DNA of 64,000 bases from contig MU053376.1 of the NCBI GenBank assembly GCA_013239625.1, positions 644,833 to 708,832 of the forward strand. The letters are read 5' to 3'. The notes beneath the pieces are model-generated. The model was not told the origin of the DNA, made no database searches, and saw nothing but the letters and a program-made list of their open reading frames with translations. Source of the stretch: Lama guanicoe. Lineage: Eukaryota. Made by a program: the position numbers and the translations under genes. Positions 37,958-49,376 of the stretch are shown here, one piece after another (within the stretch, counting starts at the first letter, position 1; every line of letters starts with the position of its first letter).

Positions 37958-38269
37958 ATGGCCGTATCTTGAAAGACAGGAGGGGAAACTCAGATGCACA
38001 GCATTGTAAAGACCTTGTCTAGCTCAGGAGAAAGACAGAAATGAGTCATGTTAGAACATATGTTAAGTACATATGTTAAAATGCTAAAGGTATAGAATTC
38101 AACAAAAGTGTGTATAAAAAATTACGTGTAATTCCCAAAAGGAAAAAAAAAAAGAATGTATAACTCACCAGTCAAAGTTTTAAAAAATGAATTAAAAAAT
38201 CCTGGATCAATCCAATGGTAGGCAGGAAAGGAGGGAAAAAAGTGACAAAGAAAAGATTTAGTAAACGGG

Positions 38270-38490
38270 CTTTGAATTTGGTGAGACTGGAATTCAAAAC
38301 TTGACTTTGTCACTTCCTAGCTCTGTGGCCAGTGCCATGGGCAAGTTACGTCCTTGCCTTCCTTCCTGAGCTTCATTTTCTTCAACTGCAGAATGATGGT
38401 CATCAAATCCCTGCAGGGTGGTGGTGAGCAGTGAATGACATGTGAAGTGGACAGCTGTGGCATACAGTAGGTGCTCAGTAGTTGTCAGCT
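38270..38490 (+). mobile_element. MIR
   Basis: tcacttcctagctctgtg..gggcaagtta..ctgagcttcattttc..catacagtaggtgctcagta. Confidence 0.75.
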
Positions 38491-41400
38491 CTGCCCTGTC
38501 TTCCGGTCCTGCACCACCCTCACTGCCTTAATCACACATGTTAAGGGAGCTTTCCCTTCTAGTGATGTTTGTCTTAGGGTTTTTTCATCAGGGTTCAAAA
38601 GGGAAGAAAGATGAAAGCTCTGTAAAGTACGAAATGCTCTATGTTGTTATAGGAGACTGTTGATCCTGTTTGAAGCCTTTGAACCCGTTTCCAGGTCCAG
38701 TGATGCCCTGGCTCTCATCGTAGTCACTTCTGCTTCTCCCTGGTTCACTGAGAAGGAGCTTTCTTTCCCCCACCCACATTCATTTATGCATTCATAGAGC
38801 TGAGTGTCTACTATGTGCCAGGAATTGAGGGTGCTCATGTGGTTTTTAACACTACTGGATGTAAGAGTCCCTCTGAGTGGCTTGCTAAGAAATGCCAGTT
38901 CCCCCGAAGATTTAGATTCAGTGGTAAGGAGTCCCGGAATGTGCATTTTTAAATTAGTGCGCCAGCTTCCTCTGCTGCAAGTCATTCTTGGCTCAGACTG
39001 AGAAAGGTCGGCCTAGCTCTTCGGGGAGTCAGGGGGGTTCGCCCTGCATCTCCTCTGTGCCTGCCAAGCCTTCAAGCTTTCTGTTGAAATTGCGGAGCAG
39101 AGAGGGAGGGTATGTTGGAATCTGTTTGGTGGCTTCATCCTCAAGAACGTGGGCCGCCTTTACCTCCCATCTTCCTCCTCCTCAGAGGAAATGAGCCTAA
39201 TAGCAAAAGCTTTAGGCCTGATGGATCCTGTCATTGGGCCAAGCACCTGTGAAAGGCATGTTTGTAAGGAGTGGAGCCCAAGACTTCCTGCAGGGCTGCC
39301 ACTCTACCTGCTCTTTGAGTCTGCTGTGGCCGCTGTTACGAGCCCTGACATTCCTGTCCACTCTGGTCAGATGTGAAGTCTCCAGCCGCGTTAACTCAGT
39401 ATCTGCCCAGGGCTGCCTGGGTTCTGCCTTCACTATCCTCCAAGGAGATCAGCAATTCTGCTTCTTGGTTTCACTGGACTGTGGAGAGAGGGCGAAGCCA
39501 GTCTTTCCAAGGGAAAGCCTGCTGGACCACACGCACAAGTGTGCGTTGTGTCTCTGTCTGCGGGGAGGCCAGCACCAGCGTGGTGCAGAGGCCTGGAGTC
39601 CAGGTGCTGAGGTGCCCTGGTTCCCAAGCTGTTCTGATGGATCTCCTTCAGCCCTGGCCTCTGCAGGTGGCCCACTCTTTGTTCTGGGTTACCTTTTTCT
39701 CAGCTGTTTGGAGTCCAAATCCTTTCTCTCCTCCACACATTTTGCTCTTTCTAAATGTCTTACCCACATCCCTGGGCCTACCTGGTTCTTAGCTTTTCAC
39801 AGACATGGCCCGCAACATGCAAGTTTCTCTTAAGGGAGACAGTTTATCAATTTACTGACTGTTAGACTGTAAAGGGCTTTCAAAATCATCTAACAGAACC
39901 AACTGCCTTGCTTCAACCTCCCCCTCTACATTTTACAGGTGTGAAAACGATGTGCAAAGGAAAAAGTGACTCCTGTTCATTTAGGTCACAAACATCCACG
40001 GACGCCTCGTCCTCAACACCAGTTAGACCCAAGGCAGAAACAATAGCAGTCAGATGCAGACGGAGGGGGGAGTGGCTGGGGGCAAAAATTTAGGGAGGAG
40101 AAGCAGCAGCTTCAGAGCTCTGCACACAGCCTACGCCGTGGCTCTCTGCGTGACACGGTTGGCTGTCCTATTCCTCCTGTTTCTAAAAAGCACAGAACAT
40201 CTTTCTTTCCATACGATCTCACTTACTTTCAGAGCAGTCTTGGACGTCAAGGGAGACGTGGCTAGTTCTCCCCTCCTACATACCTGAGAAATCAGCTGAG
40301 TCCCAGAAGACTCATTGGATTTGCCCGTGGTTGTAGGGCCCAGACTTTGAACCCAGGTCTCTGACTGCCAGCTCCACGCTCTTTGCATCTCTGATTGCTC
40401 CCCTGTGAAGGGCCACTTTGTCAGACCAGACTGGCAGTGCCCTTCCCTTTAGGGAAGAAGCAGGAAACAAAGGCACCTCCCGTTGGCCAATCTTTCTCCC
40501 AAGGTGGAGGCACGATTTGTCCCCATGGCAAAGAAAGTGAGGACCATGACAGGAGCTGCCACCGTGGGAGGGGGATGGCCCTTGTGCAGTGTTGCTTGGG
40601 GGGCCACGTGGAGGGGACATGCCAACGTTCAGTTCCGCACACAGAATGTTGGGAGAAATCCCTCGACTGTCCAATCTTCCTGCGCCCAGCTTTCCCATTG
40701 TTACATAACCACAACACTGAGGCTTTTTTCTGCCTCATTTTTTTGGTCTCAAGATCCATGAAAATGTATTGTCTTCTTTCCACTATCTAGGCCTAAGAGA
40801 ATCCCTCAGAACAGAAACCAAATAAATAACAAGAGGCAATTCAAGGGATTTATGTCCTAGTCTGTCACCTCTCTGCACTTCAATTGTCCCAGCTGTTCCA
40901 TGAGAATAACAAAACGTGCCTTGGCCCCCTCAAAGGGCTGATATGAGACTCAAATGAGAGCATAAATATGAAAGTGGCATGGAAACAGAGAGCACCGTAT
41001 AAATACACAGGCATCATGGGTGAACATCCATTAGCATCACAACAATAAAACCTTAGCTCCCAAAGCTTCCTGCTAACCACCCTCCTCCTTCAGAAGGCAA
41101 ATGCCGGTGAATCAAGCTGATCTCAGGAATTTCTCTCTTGATAAAGTATCTTCTGTCCTGTGCAGTTCATTCAGCCCCATCACCTCCCCTTTCTTTATCT
41201 ACATCATCACCTTGAGACTTGGTCTTCTGGAAATAGTCACCTTGAGGGCCTTTAAGATCTCTGTTCATCAGAGAAGGCATCAACCATGCTCACTAGGCTG
41301 TGCTTACGGTGAGGAGGAAGGAGAGTCAGACGTTTCAGAAAGCTCTTTAACAAGAATTTTCAGAATAAAACTTAGTTATTTAGAAAGCTCAATTTACCAG

Positions 41401-43154
41401 AACAATCCATTTCATGAATGTTCTGTTAGTCAGTCATGCTGCCTTGTTACCTCCAAAAGCTTTCCAATAAGTGTTTGTTGGACTGAATTGAACTCCACAA
41501 ACCCTGTCTTCTCTCACCAGGGCTGGAGAAGGATGAGGAATGGGATCCAGCCAGGTGCCTCCAGCCTGTGCTTCTCTGAGCCAACTGGAGGGTCCCCTCT
41601 GCCACTGACAAGGTCTTGGTGGGCAGCATTCGAGAGCCATCCCCTACAGGGCCCTGAAACAAGTAGTAGTCCTGGGAGACAGCAGCAGCCCAGTTTCCTC
41701 CTGGTAACTGGAACCAATCGCCTTAACTAGTTATGGAAACTCTTGCTCTGGCTGTTGGTTCAGTGACAAGAGGAGCCCCCAGTGGCCAGGAGGGAGTGTC
41801 AGCTTCCAGTTTAATGGCACTGTGGCTATGTGTGTTCCCTGTGCAAGTATTCCTCCCCTGGGAGCTGAGATCTTAAAACCTACCAAGATAGAAAGAGTGC
41901 ACACATCAAGAAAAAAAATTCTGTAAATGTCTTCCTAGGTATAATCGTGAGTGGTGTCATTTTCACCTCTTCCACTTGGTTTTCAGATCTTTACGTTTTG
42001 GCTTGGAGGGAACTGGCACCACTGTTTGGTCAAGTTTAAAGCATGTATGGCATCCTGTAGGATGACGCCCCAGGCTCTCAGGGTGTTGTCACCCAGCTCA
42101 AGTCATAAGTGAGCCTCTGTTTGCTATTCCACACTCTGTCAATCTCCAGATAATGAGGTCCATGGCAGGATCACTGAATGCCACGGGCATGAGCCTATTA
42201 CTGCACAATTTTTGCATTGATATGAGTCCCTTTGTTGAAGGCCAGGCTGTATAAGATATCATGACAGTGAATAAGGGAATCTGTAGATCCCCTGGTTCCC
42301 TGATGACAGTGTTGGCAGAAAAATTTCAGGCAAGGAAGATAAATCTGTCTATAGACTAGGTATCTATTTCCATGAAGACAAAGAACTGCCCCTTCCAAGG
42401 TGGAACGAATGCAACAAAATTAGGTGATTAGCTGGTCCCCAAGGGAATGGTAGCCTTTCCAGGGCTCCATGTTGCCCTCTGCTACTAGCAAGGTGGGCCC
42501 TCAGCCATGGTGATTGCCAGAAGCCGCAGTGAGAGGAAATCCCGATTGTTGTGACCATTTCTGCCACTGTGGCCACTCTATACATGGGCCCATCAAGCAA
42601 GCCGCAGGGTCCATAAGGGAAAGAAGTTGACTAGAGCCACAAGGCTGGTCATCTTGTCTACCTTATTTTTGGAAGCTTCCTCTGCAGTGAATAATCACAG
42701 CGATCACTTCCTTGGATCATTTATAACTCCACAAGATATTATTCTAAGAGTTTTATCCACATATTTCTTCCCCAGTTCTCTTTGTCATATCAATCTTCCA
42801 TTCTTGGTCTTTCCAAGTCCCTGACCAGTCAAAATAATATTTTAGCACTGCGCACTAGACTGTATAGATTTCTTTTTCAGCCCATCTTTCCTTCCAAGCA
42901 AAGAGATATTCTTGTCCAAGTTTCTGCCCACTGAGAAGTTTTTTCCTTCATCACTGTCTTTCAAGGCTGCTCTTAGTGGGGCTGTACTGTATCAGCCACT
43001 CACCTCTGGCTGGTGCCAACACAGAAACAGGTTTATCTATAAACCAGGCTTACAGTTGGTCCTTCTTCTATTAACTGGCCATGGAGTTTCCCATGAGACC
43101 GCTGATGTGGGTTGAGGAAGAGATGGTAAAACAGTAAGAGTAAATGCAATGGGA

Positions 43155-43200
43155 TGTGGCATTGTAAACTGACTATACTTCAATTAAAAACAAACAAAAA
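43155..43200 (+). mobile_element. 46 bp extreme 5'-truncated L1 tail
   Basis: cattgtaaactgactatacttcaattaaaaa; 19 bp TSD aagagta(a/g)atgcaatggga at 43136-43154 and 43201-43219. Confidence 0.9.
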
Positions 43201-43696
43201 AAGAGTAGATGCAATGGGAGTCTCAGTCAACTGACCTGCACCACCCAGACCCACTCAGGCCTGGTTTCCTATGTACCATCCCCATTTGATAATGGAATGA
43301 TGCTGCATACACCTAACTTTATGATTTGGCAGATAAGATAACACCGTAATGAACAGCTCAGGTCACATCATCACCTGGTATCCTTTGGTCAAAGATTCCG
43401 ATACTTCGAGGACGTTGCACCCACTAGGTCATGAGGCCTAAGTGGTGGAGCAACTTGTGCTTCAGCCTGGGCTTGGTATAGAGCCCTCTGTTTCTCTGGG
43501 ACCCACCCTAAATGGACAGCCCTATGGGCTGCTGAGCAGATGGGCCACAGTGGAACACCCAAATGTTGCTTTCAAAATTCAAAGAGTCTCGTCAAGCATT
43601 GGGCCTTTTTCTTTTTGGCGCACAGGGCAAAGTGGAGCACTTAACTTCTAACTTCGGAAGGGCTAGCCCAAGATGATTTAGCCCACCGGATCCATA

Positions 43697-44238
43697 CGAT
43701 ACAAGAAAAATGGGGCGCAAGTGGATGGCCATGTCCAAGGCCCTAGGCGAGCCCCTGGGATGCGCCCGCATTACGTAAGGATCCTTGGCTTTGCACAGGA
43801 AAGCAAGAGTGAGCCATAGCTGAGTAAAAGTGGATTTATTCAGAAAGATGCACACTCCATAGATAGAGTGTGGGTCATCTCAAAAGGCAGAAAAAAAAAA
43901 AATAGGGCAGGAGAGAGAGCCCCAGGATCCAGGGTTGTTGGTTTTTACGTATGGGCTCAGTAGCTTCATATGCTAACAAGTGGGAGGATTAGTCCAACTG
44001 CTTTGGGGAAGGGGCTGGGATTCCCAGGAACTGGGCCGCTGCCCACCCTTGGACCTTTTATGGTCAGCCTTGAAACTGTCATGGCTCCTGTGGGGGTGCC
44101 GTCTAGCCTGCTGTTATATTTTAATGGATGCATATTGAAACTCGAGGTCTACTGGGAGACGAATCTTCCACCATCTTGGTGCTAATAGCTGTGTCATTCT
44201 TTTAGTGGCTGTGCCCTGCCCCTTTCCCTCCTGTCTCA
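43697..44238 (-). mobile_element. ERV1-class solo LTR, same family as 26953-27567, inserted in the ERVL pol
   Basis: Reverse strand begins tgagacagg..gggcacagcc and contains gcaccaagatggtggaagattc, cccagtagacct, aataaatc; TSD decayed. Confidence 0.88.
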
Positions 44239-45375
44239 CCCAGACATCTCACCACTGTGTCAGGCTTCTAAATTTTGGGAGGTTTCTCTTCCTATCCCCT
44301 GACACGCCCACACCTTACCGAGGCTTTAGGGATTCTTGCTGCACCCTGCTCACCAAGTCCATTGACATGATGTCATCAAAGTAATGGACCAGCATGAAGC
44401 ACTGTGAGGTACCAAGGCTCCTTTGGATTATATGAAAGCAGGAGAGTCACTGTAACCCTGAGGACCGTGGGTGTAGACCCCTGTCTCAGCCAGGTGAAAG
44501 CAGGCTGCTTCTGATTGTTCTCACTAATTAAGATAAAGAAAAAAACCATTTGCCAAGTCAATAGCTATCTGCCAGGTGCCATCGCTCTAATAAAGACAGC
44601 ACGTCAGAACAGCAGCTGCGGTCAGCAACAGCTGCCTAATCGAATGTAGCATGATCTATAGTCATTCTCCACGACCTACAGTGCATTTGCCCTGAACAAA
44701 TAGGTGCTAAACAGGGATACGACTGGAACCAGCATCCCTTCATCTTTCGAGGCTTTGATGCTGCCCCTAATCTCTGCTGTACGCCAGGAACGTGGTGCTG
44801 CTTTTGGTTCGCTCTTTTGGCAACAGGATGGGCGGTGGCTGGCTTTCCAGAGGCTTCCTCTTGGCCTTTCTCACCGAGTAGTTCTTACTCCATGGATCAG
44901 GGAATTAAAGCAAGGACTCTTCCAATTGCCTTTTTTTGTCTGTTCCATGGGCCCACTAGAGTTATTGCAGGACAGCTCACGCCAAGATTTCAGTTATCAT
45001 CAGAACTCCTGAGTTCCTGCTCTGTCTGATGGACCACGGTGGGTTTTAGGATCCCCAGAAATTAGCATCAATTCAGAGCTAGTATCCAGTAACCTACATA
45101 AGGGTTGTGTACTTCCCTTTCTCTTGTGCCCAGTCACCCTGGCAACTGGCCCCTTAGGTACCTCTGGGGAAGGCGTGGAAGAAATTTACAGGACACACTT
45201 TTGGTTACATTTTAGGCTTCCATAGAGGAACCTGGCCTCTCCTCTCAGTCAAAGGGTTCTGAGTTTGTGAATGACCTTGTCTCAGAAAACTGGCTGGGAA
45301 ACTAAGAATGATCACTACGGCTGCTTGGATCCGCTTTCTACCCACCACAATAATCATTTTCCCAATTATGTAGAT

Positions 45376-45692
45376 CTATGCTGTCTAACAGGGTAGCTAC
45401 CAGTCACATGTGGTTACCAGGTACTTAAAATGTGACTGGTCCTAAATGAGATATACTTGTGTGCAAAATACCCTCTGGATTTCAAAGACTTAGTACCAAA
45501 AAAAGAAAAATATTGCATCCAGAGGGTTTTATATTGATTATATGTTGAAAAGATAATTCTTTAGAGATGAGTTAAATAAAATGCATTTGTGAAGTTATTA
45601 TCATGGCTTCTTTTTTACCTTTTCAATATGTGGCTACTAGAAAACTTAAAATCACAGATGCGGCTTGCGTTGTATTTGATTGGACACTGCTG
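45376..45692. mobile_element. MER33-like hAT-Charlie element
   Basis: Perfect 8 bp TSD atgtagat at 45368-45375 and 45693-45700; termini ctatgctgtctaa...ttggacactgctg; ggatttcaaagacttagtacc. Confidence 0.9.
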
Positions 45693-47210
45693 ATGTAGAT
45701 CAGGCAATCTTACAGCAGGTTGCACACCTGTTTCCTCCCTTTGAACCGTACGATCACTTAGTCACCACCGTAAGTCCACGTGGGACAAAACAACCTGATT
45801 ACTATTCTACACTTGCGGTTTATTAGCGGAACCGAGCCCACTTTGTGTCCAGTAGGCTATCACTGGGGGTCTCATTTTTGCAATTAGTGTCAGAGACCCC
45901 AGTTCAGTGGCAGCATCTCCCACTGTTGTCTCTGACCTGCGGAGGACGGCCACCCCAGGGCTTTTCAAGGATGCTGTCTTCTTACTGATGAATTTTTAAA
46001 TGCTTTTGTGAGGGGAGTATCCTCTGTGCCTTAACGGAGGGATTAATCAGGTTGCATGGAATAGATACCTTTCAATTTCCCATCTCCTTAACCTTTGGAT
46101 TCCTCTACAATGGGCTAGAGAAGTTTGTCAGTCCTCAGCCTCATCAGACACAAGGCACTATCAAGTCCAGTATTTAATTACTCAATCAAGAAAACTATTA
46201 GAGCCACTCCCAGGTGCTTAAACTATATAATATCACACCTTGAATCCAAGGCAAATTCACCCATATTGACAAATTTGATCCAATCCAACTATATTTCATC
46301 CTCCTTGGCCTAATACTCTTGGCATCTATTCACAGATATATATTCCCAAGGTTTTTGACAACACGAGTGGGAATGCAATTCCTTCACAGTATAACTGTCT
46401 CCTCCTGGAGAAGCTCTTACAAATTCTCCCCTGGGCTGTGATGAGATGTGACTGTCACTGTGAGTCTGGTGGCAGTGAGACAAGCTGGGGCTCGGTCTTG
46501 AGGACAATAGATGTACCTCTTGGAAGACAACTGCCCTGTGTGAAATAGGTAGGTCTTTATGCAAAGGACTGCTTTCTCCAGCAAGAGAGTCAGAGGGTCT
46601 AGGGGTCCACCTACCTCCATTCCATTTGTGTCATTCCAAATGTCCTTACCCCAACTCAACGTCCAACTCCTGCCAAGCAGTGCTGTAACATTAGCATAGA
46701 GACCTGATAAAGTTGTACATCTCACAGGCATTGCAAATCCTCAATCCACACAGTTGGACTTTAGGCCTGACCCACAGTTATGTCTTCTCTGAGACCGCAG
46801 GAGATAAGGATTTTAAGGCCACCACAGCAACTTCCTGGGTCTATACTCATGTCTTGAGTTGGAAGTTTTAGGTTTAAATCTCCTCGATCTCTTTCTCCCT
46901 CATAAACTCTCTAGCACAATCAGAAGTAACAAGCTCTCCCTGCAAATATTGTAATTACCAGGGTTACCATGGTAAGTGAAGCAGCCACTTGGTCACTTAA
47001 AACTTTGTTTCCCACGGACTGTCCGTCCTACATCACTCTCAGTGATAATTTGAATAATTTTAGTGCTGCATCATGGTTCAGTTTACCAGGGTCCCACTTC
47101 ATAACTGATCTAGCAATGAGGTCATTTATGCAGTCATTAAATAAGTGAGAGCCTGGTCCCTGAATCTTACTTGGAAGGCTGTTTTCTGGTACTACACTTA
47201 TTACCAACTA

Positions 47211-47870
47211 TCATATTAGTCAAGATCTCAGCAGGAAACAGCAGCTACACCAGGTGGTATAGATAAAGCTCTCTCTCTCTCTTTTTTTATTGACGCATAG
47301 TCAGTTACAATGTGTCAATTTCTGGTGTGCAGCACACTGTCCCGGTCGTGCATATACACACATATATTCATTTTCATATTTTTTTCACTAAAGATTATTA
47401 CAAGATATTGAACATAGTTCCCTGTTCTATACAGAAGAAACTTGTTTTTTAATCTATAAAGCTCTCTTAATGAAGAGCTGTGAAGAGGTCTGAGCAGGGT
47501 TAAGGGACCAAATGAAGGCTGCTAAGGTGCTCAGTGCTGAGCAATGGTGTAAAGCCATCGCTACCCAGGGCTGAAAAAGCAATGGAAGAAATAGCATCAC
47601 CAAAGGAAAAAATGGGAGGTGGAGATATGGAGCAGGGGACACATGGCAAGAGTTGTTGTCCACGGAAGGTCACAGCCACCGCCAGAGACATGACACAAAT
47701 GCCAGGGAAGGGGCAGGTGAGAAATACCCATTGGCAGACCCAATTGGAAGCCAAAGGACAAAGGAACCCAGGTGACGCAATCCAAAAAAAAAGATGAGCA
47801 TCCTGGGCCTCGAGTGACACAAAGAAGGGCTGAGAATAGAGTTGAGAGAGGAGGATAAAAAAGTTACCAG
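47211..47870 (-). mobile_element. LTR33-like ERVL LTR, probable 5' LTR of the 41.7-47.2 kb provirus
   Basis: tattagtcaagatctcagcaggaaacag, gcagggttaagggacc, ccaattggaagccaaaggacaaaggaaccc; abuts the ERVL interior. Confidence 0.7.
47275..47455 (-). mobile_element. 5'-truncated L1 3'UTR nested in the LTR
   Basis: TSD ataaagctctct at 47263-47274 and 47456-47467; tacaagatattgaacatagttccctg. Confidence 0.9.
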
Positions 47871-47884
47871 CCCTCCAGGTGTTG

Positions 47885-48055
47885 CATTTTACATGAACAA
47901 ACTCTTAATCCTTTTAACCTAGTATCAATAAGGTGTGTACTATGATAATCCCCATTTTACAAATGAGGAAACAGACTTGCTCAAAATTATACAAATAGCA
48001 TGTGGCAGGGCTGCAGTTTGAACCTGGGCAATTTGAACTTGAGTTTTAATTCATG
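47885..48055 (-). mobile_element. MIR
   Basis: atccccattttacaaatgaggaaacag...tttgaacctgggc. Confidence 0.8.
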
Positions 48056-48383
48056 CTAAGTGAAATCAGTTAGGCTGGAGTAGAGGGTTCAATTAGAGAA
48101 GTGGAGACAGAGATGGGGGCCAAAGCATGGAAAGCCTAGAAGACTGGTCTAAGGAATTCTTCAGCTCTCTCTCCACATCTCCTCCCACAATGCTTTCTCA
48201 AGCCCTGTAGGAATTAGGAAACCCATCGACCCTTTGCTTCCTCTTCTAAGTAGCCTGAGCAAGAGAGTCAGCCTCGAAGAGTCTGCCGAGTGCTGCTGGC
48301 TGTGGTGGGCCCTTGTTGTCTGGGCCTCCTGTTACCCATTTCTTTCATGTAGCAATTATTTCATCATATTGTTCAGAGGGAGC

Positions 48384-49172
48384 TGTTGTGGGACACAGGG
48401 CAGACCGCTGAGCTGGTGACTCGAGGTGGAAAAAGAATTTACCAGAGATAAAGGAGACGAGCGAAGGAGTTTATTAGCATGTGCTGCCACAGACAACAGT
48501 GGGTCACACAGACAAGAGGTGCCTGTGTGAGCCCCGAGGGGCGGTAGTTGGGGTGTTTTATAAGGCAGGGTGACCAGCTGGCTGATCGGCTTGTGCACAA
48601 GTCTGACAGGTTGTAGCTGAGGTAAGAAGTTTAGGGTCTGGGAAGGGTGGTGGTTTATGAGTCTGATAAGGTGAGCTGAAATGAACCAGCCTGATGAGAC
48701 GTTATTTAGGGCTATTAATTTGTCAGGGCAAACAATAAAGAATGTACCTTATCTGTTGAGGGACAGACATCTGAGAGCCTGGAAATGGGGGTCATTGGAC
48801 TTTGAGGGACATCAGTTGGCCCCACAGGAACCTCCTTCCACCCCTCTCAGCTCACATGTTTGGGGCTGAGGTCCTAAGCAGCCCAGCATGTTGCATTGGC
48901 CCAGGGACAATAATTAAAGATGCGTGCAGGACCCAGGTCAGGTCGAAAGGCGCCAACAAAGGTCGATTTCTGAAGTTTCATGAGAGAAACAAGAACCTGA
49001 GAGGAACTGAGGTTACAGCTTTTGCTGCCAGGTTTTCTACAAATGGAGCCAAGACTGAAGCCAACGCAGAGGACAACAAACTGAGAGGTGACCAAAATCA
49101 TGTCCTTGGGACAGGTTTGAGCCCTGAATCCAGCCATAGCCACAGCTGGCCCATCCTTGGACTTTTGTTACA
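48384..49172 (-). mobile_element. Solo LTR (789 bp), family not recognised
   Basis: Minus strand TGTAACAA...CACAACA termini, TATAAAA (about 48556-48562) upstream of AATAAA (about 48470-48475); TSD imperfect (ggagc/taagc). Confidence 0.75.
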
Positions 49173-49209
49173 TAAGCCATAAATTCTTTCTTTTTTTTTC
49201 CTCTTTCTT

Positions 49210-49376
49210 TTTAAAAAATATGTTTTATTTATTTATCATCATATTGTTTATTTTTTTGGCTGGGGAGGTAGGGGAGGTAATTAGGTTTATTTATTTTGGG
49301 AGGAGGTACTGGGGATTGAACCCAGGACATCATGCATGCTAAGCATGCACTTTACCAATTGAGCTACACCCTCCCC
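49210..49376 (-). mobile_element. tRNA-Ala-derived SINE (Vic-1-like)
   Basis: Reverse strand ggggagggtgtagctcaattggtaaagtgcatgcttagcatgcatg..cctgggttcaatccccagtacctcc. Confidence 0.92.

Larger units (their letters stand above)
41740..47210 (-). mobile_element. Decayed ERVL provirus interior: gag, pro, RT, RNase H, integrase region, dUTPase
   Basis: Minus-strand translations RLLDTSSELMLISGDP (about 45095-45050), QKQPAFTW (about 44500), LVHYFDDI (YFDD at 44383-44372), VPLNWKLTLPPGHWGLL (about 41825-41770); integrase is inferred from position. Confidence 0.9.

Noticed and set aside
39234..39833. 199 aa ORF
   Set aside because: No domain or coding-like composition, and no supported exon structure.
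41101..41730. 209 aa ORF, the longest in the track
   Set aside because: No recognisable homology; it is antisense to and abuts the end of the ERVL relic, so it is likely chance.
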